Part shown: piece by piece, positions 49,165 through 59,672 of the stretch
Layout: each line of letters begins with the position of its first letter
Position numbering within the stretch: the first letter of the stretch is position 1
Assembly: GCF_041956535.1 (NCBI RefSeq)
Contig: NW_027192197.1
Span: 569,829 to 633,828, forward strand
Source of the DNA: Calcarisporiella thermophila CBS 279.70
Lineage: Eukaryota > Fungi > Calcarisporiellomycota
DNA length: 64,000 nt
Direction: 5' to 3'
Position numbers and translations under genes: made by a program
The notes under the pieces: generated by a model
What the model was told of the DNA's origin: nothing
Databases searched by the model: none
The model's input: the letters and a program-made list of their open reading frames with translations, nothing else

Positions 49165-50906
49165 ATGCTTGACTCGTATTTCGACGCTTACTCCGATTCG
49201 CTGGGAGTGCCCGCGGATCATCTTCGGCTGGTGGTCGTGATCCTTGCGACCTATCCACTTTCGCTTCTCTTCCGCTGCCTCCCCAACAGCCCGCTCTTAA
49301 AACACCTCTTCTCCATCGTGACCACGACCTACTTCTTTGTGGCCTTCTTCAGGCAATACATCGGATTTTTGCACATTCTCGTGTCATCGCTGGTGACCTA
49401 CCTCATTGTGTATGCACGGAGAGACAAATGGGCTCCTAGGATCGTGTTTGTGTTCACCATGGGGCATATGGCTATAAGGTAGGGTGGGATGAATGTTGCT
49501 GCTGGAGTGTTTTTGATGCGAGGGCTAGTCCTCATGTTTGATCGTAGCCATATTATCCGGCAAATAAAGGGACCGCTTGGCGATCGAGAATTGGACTGGA
49601 CGGGCGCGCAAATGGTCCTCGTTATGAAGCTGACATCGTTTGCATTCAGCGTGGCGGATGGAAATCAGCCGGCTGAGGTAGACTCCGAAGCTATGTTTAT
49701 GGGATTGAAGTGCGAATTCCTAACCATGTTTTCCTCTGTTTTCTCTCCCTCCCCTCACCCCTTTGTTTCTGCTGGCCTGTGTCGTGCGCGCAGAAACTCG
49801 AGGATTTCCAGCGCGATAAACGAATCACACGGTTCCCGAATCTGATCGAGTACTTTGGATGGATCTTCTTCTACGGCGGTTTCCACGTGGGTCCGGCCGT
49901 AGAGTATTCGGACTACGACAACTTCATCCACCGAACCATTTTCCCACCCACCGACCCAAAAACCGGGCAGAAACGCGACGTAAGCCGTGAAGGAACCCTC
50001 CCGGCCCTCCTTACCCTAGCGCAGAGCATCTTCTTCATTATCGTGCTAGTGACCATCATGCCCCTCTTCCCGATGGAGACGATGGTGACGGACCAATTTC
50101 TCAAATGGCCGCTCTGGTATCGCATGATCTATCTGCAGATTGCGGGCATCGGCGCTCGGATCAAATACTACAGCGTGTGGCTGATGGCGGAGGGGGCATG
50201 CATTCTATGCGGTCTGGGATTCAACGGGTACGACAAGAACGGCAAGCCCACGTGGAACCGAGTGTCGAACATCGACCCCCTTGGCTACGAGACTGCGGAG
50301 AACGTGAAGGCCCTGCTGGAGTCCTGGAACCAGCGCACCAACATCTGGCTGAAAAACTACGTCTACATGCGGGTGACGCCGCCCGGCCACAAGCCCAGCT
50401 TCTCCTCCACCCTGATCACGTTCTCGGTGTCGGCGCTGTGGCATGGCTTCCATCCCGGATACTACCTCACGTTCCTGAGTGCCGCGTTGGCCCAGAACAT
50501 CGCCAAGAAACTGCGCCGAAATCTGCGCGTCCTCTTCATGTCCCCCACCCTGAAGCCCCCGCATCCCCGCATCAAAGCTGTCTACGACTTGGTGGGGCGC
50601 ATCGTCACGGTCGCGTCCTTCAACTACATCGCCGTGCCTTTTGTCCTGCTCTCGCTCAAGGACTCGTTCGCCGTCTGGCGCGCTGTGTACTTCCACGTGC
50701 ACATTGGAATGTTGGCCCTGGAGGTATTTTTCGCCTTTGGGGGCGCTAGGTGGTGTCGCAAGCTGCAAAAGCGAAGAACACGGGCGGAGGCCGGGGTGGA
50801 TCTGAAGAGCCTGCCCCCCCGAGACGAGGTAGAGGTGAATGAGACGGGCATCCCGCAGTTGGAGAGCGAGGGGGCCGTGCAGGCGGGAGAGGTCAAGATT
50901 GAGTAG
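49165..50906 (+). CDS. ALE1: MBOAT lysophospholipid acyltransferase (3 exons)
   Basis: TGAQMVLVMKLTSFA...DG, GPAVEY, KYYSVW...EGACILCGLGFNG, WNQRTNIWLKNYVY, SALWHGFHPGYYLTF. Confidence 0.93.
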
Positions 50907-51120
50907 TCGCACGTCAAAATACACGTACAAGGATATATATATATATATATATACATATATTTATTTTTATTTCTTCGTTGCTCCCTGTTGATTAGTGCAT
51001 ACCTTTATCCCTTTAGAGGCCTAGTTTTTGATGGATTAGATTTTTTTTTCCAATATTTAATTTTGATCTTTTTTTTTTACCCAGGGCCCCCTCTTCCTCT
51101 CCTGTATCGATGGGATGTTG

Positions 51121-51680
51121 GGAAGGGGGGGGGGCGGGTGTGTGTGTCGACCTGAGGGGTTGGAATAAATGGATTAGAGACGCCGAGGTGAACTATTAAC
51201 AATTTATATTCTCTCCCAGAAAAAGAACAAACCAAACAAACATCTATGCCGTCGCAAAAGTAAAGTAGATGAAAAAAAAAGAAACATGATATGCACACAA
51301 AGAATAGCTACTCTTATAGAGAGAGCCTTTCTCCCCGTCTCCAGCTCACTTCTCCGATTCTTCACCGAGAATCGGAATGGAGTCGGGGGGGGGGGGGGGG
51401 AGGGGGAAGAGGAGCGGAGGAAACAGGGGAGCAGAGGATAGCTGCCGGGAGTGGGAGAGAGGAAGGGGGGGGGGGGAAGAAGAGGGGGAAGGCAAGGGAA
51501 GAGGAAATATTTCAATTCAAATAGCATGAATAAAATAGAATAAAATAGGACTAAACAAAACAAAAAAATAAAATAGGAAGGAATCGAATAAAATTATAAA
51601 GACGATAGCAAAAGCAATAAAGAGATTCAACGTTTTTTGTATCGGAGGAGGGAGAGGGGAGGGGAGGGGAGGGAAGAGTA
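51121..51680. repeat. G/purine-rich low-complexity tracts (G16 at 51385-51400) between convergent genes
   Basis: Directly visible homopolymer and GGGA-type runs. Confidence 0.7.
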
Positions 51681-51705
51681 GGAAATGGGCGAACCAGCCC
51701 CTCGA

Positions 51706-52593
51706 TCATGAGCTCGACACCGTCTCCTGGCTCTTTCGCCTTGTTGTTCGCTCCTTCTCGCGCGCCTCTCTCTCCTCCTTCTCCGCCTCTTTCATCTTTT
51801 CGATGGAGAAGCGTGCGGCCTCTTTCACCTTCTCCTCGTCCACGTCCTCTCGCCGGCTCAACACCAAACGCAAATTCTCATCATAACCATCTAGGAAGAA
51901 GGGGCGAAGGGAAGTGAGAAAAAAGGGTGAGAAATTTTCCGGGGCAGATAATGTAGTTACGGGTTTTCAAGTCCTTCCAGGTTTCCATAGGGTCGTTGGA
52001 GGTCTGGAGGTGGTACATCTGAAGAAAGCCCTGGAGGGTTAGGTGGCCTTCTTCTGTTACATCGAGAAAGTCATTGATTTCCTGAAAAGGGACCTTGGTT
52101 TAATACCTCGAAAGAATCTACGGGAGGAAACTTCGGCCAGTACTTACATCTAATGTGTCTTGGTCGAACTAGTGGAAATGATTATACCAAAAACCATCAG
52201 CCCTCGTCTATCTTATCGCACAGCGTTTAAGATAGGCTAATACTTACGGAGCAGCCGTTTGTATCGGTCGCGAATGCATCAAGCTCTTGCTTGTTAAGCG
52301 ACCCATCCTTGTCCTAGCAAAATGAGAGTGGTTAATTCCACCCAAGAGAGTTTCCACCTTAGGTGTAAGGTAACTACCTTATCATATCGGTTGAAAATCT
52401 CCACCAGCGCCTCTTCACACTGCACGGTTAGCCCATCATCCTCATCATCGACTAGGGGGATGAGGGGTTTGTCGTCGAAGCTTTGCTTTGTTGCCCCCGT
52501 TCCAGAGGACTGCAGAGCAGAGGATTCGTCCTCGAGATTAGATCCCTGACCATTCTGAGCGTTCATAATTGTACTCTTGGACTCTTCTGCCAT
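51706..52593 (-). CDS. Small EF-hand protein resembling the Miro EF-hand module (5 exons, including a 21-nt microexon at 52148-52168)
   Basis: CEEALVEIFNRYDKDKDGSLNKQELDAF...FLDVTEEGHLTLQGFLQMYHLQTSNDPMETWKDLKTHGYD, followed by a charged tail. Confidence 0.8.
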
Positions 52594-52897
52594 GATTATG
52601 GAGTGCGGGAGCGCTTAGGGGAAGGATACGGTAGAGGGAAAGACGGTTACAGGGCCTCCAGAAAAAAGAAAAAATAAAGGATAAAATAAGAAAAAAAAAT
52701 AAAATAAAAAACACTACCGGCTGCGGAAATTGGAATCCAGCTGCGTAAAACTGGTGAATTTTTTGCAAGTGGGTGATTTAACCCTTCCTGGAGGGCAGTC
52801 GTATCTATTTCAACACGATGTACATTTTATTTTTCATTCAGGTGGGGGGATTCTTTACAGAGCACGCGTGTAATAGTGCGGGCAAGCACCCCGAGAT

Positions 52898-53956
52898 TTA
52901 CAATTTGATCTTGCCCGCTTTCTTCAGACTCTCCATCAGCGCCAACGTCGAGAGTGCCTTCACGTCGGGTATCTTCCATAGTTCATCCAGAGGCATGATC
53001 CGCAGCTTGATGGCCTCCCCCTATAAGTCATTGGAGTAAGTTCGAATAACTACAAAGTCAGGCACTGTTCTCTTGGATTACATGGTCCCGCAGGCCGGTG
53101 AGTTTCCCTTCCAGCTTGTGTACTTCTGCTTCCTTGATCGGCTTCACACACACAAACAGGCGTAGGAATTCATCGGAAGCGCCCGCTGTGGTGTATATCC
53201 CGCGATACGATGTCTCTTTATAGGCAAGCTCAGTCAGGTCTATAAGTTCGTCCTCCTTGATCTCGAGGCCCGTCTCTTCCTTGATTTCTTCGGCAGCCTT
53301 CCCTGCAAATTTTCCACTCCCATCTAGCATGCCCGCCGGAATTTCACTCTAGCGACAACGCAAATAAACAGAATGTCAGGTTTCTTTCAAAAAACCAACA
53401 TGAATTTTGAATATGGCAAATAATGACCATCTCCAGGGTGGGAACAGCCAACCGAGGCTGCACACACACAATGGTGAAATCCTTATTCTCTGTGCGCAGG
53501 ATGATAAGTATAGAGACGGAGCCGCCCCGCTGATATAATGTGCACGCATTCACCATGAAAGCAAACAATGTCTCGGTTAAGCGGATGGCAGTGTAAGAAA
53601 AGGCAAGAACACCGATGAAAACTCACCATGAAAATGATGCCAGGTAGCGACTTCCCAGTCTCCTTTAATTCGGCATCCACCTTGAATTTCACAAACCCTA
53701 TCTTCCCGCTCTGAAATTTATCCACGCTTTGTAACTCTATCTCCTTGAGCCTGAGCTCACCCTGGCGGCGTTCTTGCTCCTGCGAGAGCCCGCTCAACCA
53801 ATCCTTGAATGGCTGGAACTGCAACACGGCCTGTGGATCAATATCTGCGTGGGCCGCCTTGATGGGGACTTTTGTGTCAAACACGGTGATTGTCGTCATA
53901 GTTTTTTTAAGGATAAGCGTGGAGAGAAGCGTAAGCTGCGAGACTCGCCTCAACAT
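52898..53956 (-). CDS. Nudix hydrolase (ADP-sugar pyrophosphatase / plant NUDT14-like; 4 exons)
   Basis: IGFVKF, PGIIFMRGGSV, QPRLAV, EIPAGMLDGSGKFAGKAAEEIKEETGL (Nudix box), GASDEFL, GEAIKL. Confidence 0.88.
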
Positions 53957-54153
53957 ACGTGCTTGCCCCCGTAGGTTGACCCTTACAAAATCGTGCAAAT
54001 TCGGTGGCCACACTCTAAATACGTCATAAAGGCGGTCACAAAAGGATATTTCTCAGAAGTTTCTTACCTTCTCGACTCTAAAATTACCACACGCGAGCCT
54101 CTCTCACTCACGGATCATCACGGTGTACTATTCCCTCACAATTCACAGCACTG

Positions 54154-57100
54154 ATGAGTACACGACATCCACCTGTAAGCAACACCAATCCGTCAAATAA
54201 AGCTAGTCCTGTTCAAACCACCTCAAATAAGCACGGCAAGCCACTACATTCGTCTTCCACCTCCTCTAGTACGACCCCCCATCCCGGCTCGAAGCTAGCA
54301 TCGAATGCTGCTGGGAAACCCACAGTAGATCATAAGGGGCAACCAAATATGTATCCTTTTCTCTGTGATCTAATCAATTGTTTGTCCTGCGACGATGTTT
54401 ATTTTTCTTATTTTACCGGTTCAATCTGGCCATGTCGCAGTGGTTGTTTAATCTGCGTAGATCCCCCGTGTCTATTATCCCATCGGTCATCCTTAACTCT
54501 TCTCCCTAATTTTGTTTTCCTACAGATCCTCCCCTTTCAACGATGCCCATCACCATCAAGCTGCCGGATCCCGTAAATTATCGATTTCAGGTACTGATCA
54601 TGGCAGAAAGCCCAAAAACGCGGTGCAACTGCCATCTCAAAGGCAACAGGCTATGCAGGGTCCGGGTAGGTGTCTCCCTTAATGCGAACATTCGAGTGGC
54701 GACTTTGTTTCCGAGCTGAACGCTTTTTTTTTTTTTACTTCTAGCACCGATTCAGTTTGGTACAATACACCCCAATATGCCCAACGCGACACCGTTATCA
54801 ACCTCTCCCATACAACATGGAAATATGCTGAACGGAGGCGTGCCTCAATATTCGGTGTATCAGGGAGGACCGCCGACATTCGGTAGTATTAATGTTAACG
54901 CTTCCGGTATTGAGCATGTGAGTGCTTCTCGGTTGGTTGGGCGCCTGTGTTTATCGATTCTGATATTTTCATCATTTGTTTTTCGCAGGGAATACACCCC
55001 TATCCGCACCTTCATCAGGGTACACCGCAGCAGGTTCCCTTACACCACAACTTCCCGCACCATCCGCCACAGCATCCTCGCCCGCCGCCCCGCCACCCTA
55101 AAGGGAGTTCACCAACCAATGTGCCCTCTTCACCAGCAATCTCGATGTCATCCACCTCTCCATATACATATCCTCAATCGAATAAATCTGTGCATCCTCC
55201 CGTCACGCATTCACCACGCCCGACCCATATTCCTGCGGCCTCCACCAGTATGTCACCCATCCAAGCACCTCCTCAGCACTGGAGTCCTCACCAGCAATAC
55301 TACATTCCAGCATATCCCGGCCCATCTCCCGGCCAATATTACCCCGCACACCATCCTGCTCCTATGTATGTGCAGTATGGCGTGCCGATGCCCCCTCATG
55401 GGATTCCTGCACATCACCCGCCCGGACAAACGCCACGATACGTGCCCGGACAGGTGCCCCAATATAGCCCTAGACCAAAAATGAACAAGGCTATCCCCAT
55501 TATCAACCCCCAGACAAGGACTCAGGTGAAAGCCACTCCAAAGGAAGCCGATACACACCCGCCGCCCAGAAAGGACTCTAACGAGCGCGAAATCAAACCA
55601 GAGCCGGACAAAATGGGGTTGGATAGAGGTGGGAAAGAGGATGCAGAAAAAAGGGCCGAATCGGATCATGCAACGGAGAACGCTAATAACGCAAAAGCAG
55701 AAGTGGCGGAAAAGCCTCGGGAGCAGGAGGAGCACGAGAAGAAGGAGAGAGAAACTAAAGAGAGGAGAGAGCGTGAGGAGCAAGTTCGTCGCGAACGGGA
55801 GGAAAAAGATGTACGCGACCGCGAATTGAAGGAGCATGACGCAAGAGAAGTCCAGCTGCGTAAAGAGCAAGAAGCGGAAAAGAAGAAGAGAGAGAAAGAA
55901 GAAGAAATGACTAGAGAAAAGGAGAAGGAGAAGGAGAAGGAAACGGAGAAGGAAACGGAGAAGGAGACGGAGAAAGAGGAGAATGAGAATGAGAATGAGA
56001 ATGAGAAAAAGAAGGAAGAAGAGAAAATACAAGACAAGCGAGAAGAGAAAGAGGGACAACTCAATGAAAGGGAGCAGAAGGAGCAAGATAATGTGATAGA
56101 GCCAGTGCGAGAAGATAATCAGTCGAATTCTCTTTCACGAGAGGAACAAAAGCAGCCCAAAGAGGACAAAGATTATAAGAAAGAGGTTTCAGAGCCCATG
56201 AGTGACGTGGAAAAGAGAGCGGATGAGGAAAAGAATGCAGCCTCGGAGGATACTGTGAATGCCGCAAAGTCGAATGATGAAGAGCCAGTTACCTCTGGGA
56301 AAGCACTATCACACCTCGACATATCTGCCTCTGAATTTCGACCTACAACCCCTCGGCGTCCCTCTGTGTCTCATAGTGAAGATAAATCCGAGTCAATCAA
56401 ATACCCTGCTGGAATTCATGGCCCTGAAGCACCAGTCGAGCCAGGCAAATACAAATATGATCGTAAATTCCTTATGCAGTTCATGGAGATTTGCAAGGAT
56501 CGCCCAAAGGATCTTCCTCCAATGGAGATGTTCGTCACCGACGAGCGCGAGGATAAACGCTCTGGCTCCGGCTCTGGACGCCGTTCGGGTTCCAGCAGCC
56601 AGCGTGGTGGCATCAAGGGAGCCTCGGTGGGGATGTCGCGATTCCCATCCGACATGGGCCAGTTCAAAGCAGTGCCCAAGTCGAGTGAGGAGCGCTTTGC
56701 TGCTGCAACCGCAAGGCTGAGTCTAGCCGGGCCCAGCCCCAGTGGATCCGGGCGGCCCCTGGGCCCACGCTCCTCCAGTGGAAATCCGCTGCTGCCGAGC
56801 GTGGGGGGTACATCACAGTCGGGTCGGTCGAGAAGTGGGCGCGGGGGTTCTCGTAAGAATACCCGGGAGCCGCAAACAACCTTGCCCGAGGTGGTTCCGC
56901 TTGTGCACTCGGCGAATCGCTGGATACCGACAAGCGTGACCTCCAAGATACCCCAAGGCGCAGCCGACTCGGATCAAGCAATGTCCCAAGAGACGATGCA
57001 GCGCAAGGTGAAGGCTCTGCTGAATAAGTTAACGCTCGAGAAGTTCGACAGCATCTCGGACCAAATCATTGAATATTTGAACCGCTCCGTCAACGAGACC

Positions 57101-59256
57101 GACGGCAAGTCGATGCGCACCGTGATACAGCTGGTTTTCGAAAAAGCCACCGACGAGCCAAGCTTCTCCGCTATGTATGCGCAGCTGTGCCAGAAGATGC
57201 AGGAGCGTGCCCACCCCGACGCTCGCGACGAGAGTCTCAAGACGCAAGATGGGCGGATTGCGAGTGGAAGCATCCTGTTCCGAAAATGCCTTCTCACCCG
57301 GTGTCAGGAGGAATTCGAGCGCGGGTGGAAGTTCGAGGTGCCTAGGACGGAGACGGGCGAGGTGGACATCCTGTCCGACGAATACTACGTCGCGGTCAAG
57401 GCAAAACGCCGGGGGCTGGGTCTCATCCGATTTATCGGAGAGCTATTTAAATTGAGCATGATCAATGAGCGCATCATGCATGGGTGTGTCCTCAAATTGC
57501 TCTCGAACTTGGAGGATCCGGAGGAGGAGGAGATGGAAAGTCTCTGCCAACTGATGACGACGGTTGGCAAGCAGCTTGACCGCAAGGAGGCCAAGCATTA
57601 CATGGATGCGTATTTTGAGAGGATCAAGCTGCTCTCTGAGAACAAGAAACTCAATAGCCGGATACGGTTTATGTTACAGGTAGCTACGAGGAGAGCGTTT
57701 GCATTTTTGAGGCCTTATTAAGTAGCTCATTGGTCTGTTTTACTCTGTGCAGGACGTGATCGAGTTACGGGATGGCCGGTGGAAGCCGCGAAGAGACGCC
57801 AATGCTCCAAAAACTATTGCCCAGATTCACGATGAGGTGGCTATTTTGAAAGCTAATATAACTGATGTTTTTGGGACCCATTTAATCTTGTCATCCTCGT
57901 GTAACTGTTAGGCGGCCAAGAAGCAGCAGGAAGAGCGGGAGATGATGCGGCGATCGACTAGCTCGGGTGGACGAGGTAGCAGCTGACGCTTTGTTTTATT
58001 GATTTGATGCATTGGAAAGCAGTTCTCACCCTCCTCATCAATATCGGCTAGGTTTGCCTAATTTATCACAGCAAATTTCACGCGGTGGATCGCATCGTGG
58101 CAAAGATCGACCCCCCTCCACCACATCGGCCCCCGATGGCTGGACCACGTCCGGCAACAGTTCTTCCAATGGGCGAAAAGCTGGCGATCTGGCTTCGTTC
58201 GGCCGCGTGGAACGCAGCAAAATTACACGAAACCAAAGCCTTGGACCTCAAGGTACGCCCGTATTCGCTAGTTTGACGGCCTCCAAGTCCTGGAAGAGCA
58301 CCGATAGCATCAAGCGAGACGAGGCCAGCAAAGCCGGCGCTTCGCCTTTATCTCAGGTGGAGGCGGGAAATATGTATAGTGCACTGGTAGAATCTGGTCG
58401 ACGCCCAAGTGTAGAAGATGACTCAATGGCCACTTCGGCTGCACCTGCTGCCGAGCGCAAAAAGCTGAATATTTTGCCGCGAACCAAACCCCTGCCTGGT
58501 CAGCAAGCACAGCCTGAGAATCAGGGGGCCGAGAAGTCTAAGCTCACCAAAAAGGAGGCCGAGAAAAAAATCGGAAACGCGATTGCGGAATTTTGGAACG
58601 TGCGGGATATCCAGGTACGCTGTTTATCCTTCTTGCTTTTACTTTTTTTTCAGCGGCTCTATGAACCCGCAAAAAGTGTTTTGCATTTCATACCACTTGT
58701 TTTCTTGCCGTACTCATCTTGAATTCTGGATCTGCTTCCCTAGGAGCTGATTCACTGCATCAAGGAGTTAAGCACCCCGGAACTCCAGTGTGAGTTCCTT
58801 CGTGCTTTTCTTAATTCGGCCGTGGAACGAAAGAGCGCGGACGTCGAGCTCGCATGTCGTGCCTTACGGAAGGTGCGAGATGACCATCTGGTGGATGAGG
58901 AGATTGCGTCCGAGACCTTCAAACCACTCGTCGAGGCCATCGATGACCTGTCCATTGATGTCCCAGCGGCATACAAGTACGCGGGGCAACTGCTTGTGGC
59001 TGCCAGACTTCGGTTGGAAAGTTTCCAGGACATACTGAAGCCTCTGTTGGAGGTAGAGGGGATTGTGCCGCCTGCGGCAAAACTTGCTGCAGAGTATTTA
59101 AAGGCATTAAGGGTCGAGCTGGGCGAAGAGAAGATGGTAGAGCTATACCACGCCTCCAAATTCGAATTCAAGGACGTGTTCCCGAAGGACCGGAGAGGAG
59201 GCGGGTCCATCAATGCCTTTCTAGAAAAACAGGAGCTGAATGCTCTAAAATCTTGA
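54154..59256 (+). CDS. TIF4631: Translation initiation factor eIF4G (eIF4E-binding motif, MIF4G, MA3-like C-terminus)
   Basis: YDRKFLM (YxxxxL-phi), KVKALLNKLTLEKF, FEKATDEPSFSAMYAQLC, GLIRFIGELFK, RIRFMLQDVIELR, and a C-terminal helical domain with IDVPAAY. Confidence 0.93.
54351..54525 (+). other. U12-type (minor spliceosome) GT-AG intron, first intron of eIF4G
   Basis: 5' splice site GTATCCTTTT, branch TCCTTAAC at 54490-54497, phase 2. Removal gives an open frame into PIQFGT. Confidence 0.75.
55921..56005 (+). repeat. Coding microsatellite cluster (GAGAAG)n/(GAGAAGGAAACG)n/(GAGAAT)n in eIF4G
   Basis: Encodes EKEKEKEKETEKETEKETEKEENENENENEK. Confidence 0.85.
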
Positions 59257-59672
59257 GCATGCAATTAATGTATTGACCGCATATCATTTGTAGTTAAAGG
59301 GCATCGACTGTTGTAATTTCTCTATTTTAATATAAAAAGATATCTTTTCTTTATTTGGTTTCCATTGCTGCCGCTAAATCAGATAATTCCTGCCCCCCGG
59401 AAGATCCTAAAAGGCCATAACTATCCGTTAGAGAAATGTCATTTAATCCCTCAATTGTTGCTATTTTTTTTAACTACGTCCGTTTCTTTTTGCAACTAAG
59501 CATTCTATTAAGTTTAACTTTATAAAACGAATGCAAAAAAAAAAAAATAAAGAAATCAAATATAACAGTGAGGGTTAAGAGAATAAATAAAGGTTAAACA
59601 GATATAGAGGGTTATGTTATTAAATGAGGATTGAACTTGTCTAAATCATATTTATGGATGGTCCAAGTCCCT

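Noticed and set aside
50105-50956. Long alternative-frame and antisense ORFs over ALE1 (also over Rictor and the CBM21 gene)
   Set aside because: Expected by-product of high GC3, which depletes stop codons.
52860-52900. C-terminal IKL of the Nudix protein as a PTS1, or stop-codon readthrough to a PTS1
   Set aside because: IKL is not a consensus PTS1, and the readthrough extension does not end in an SKL-like tripeptide.
55253-56086. 277-aa L/F-rich antisense ORF resembling a membrane protein
   Set aside because: It is the mirror of the GAG/AAG-rich eIF4G tract.
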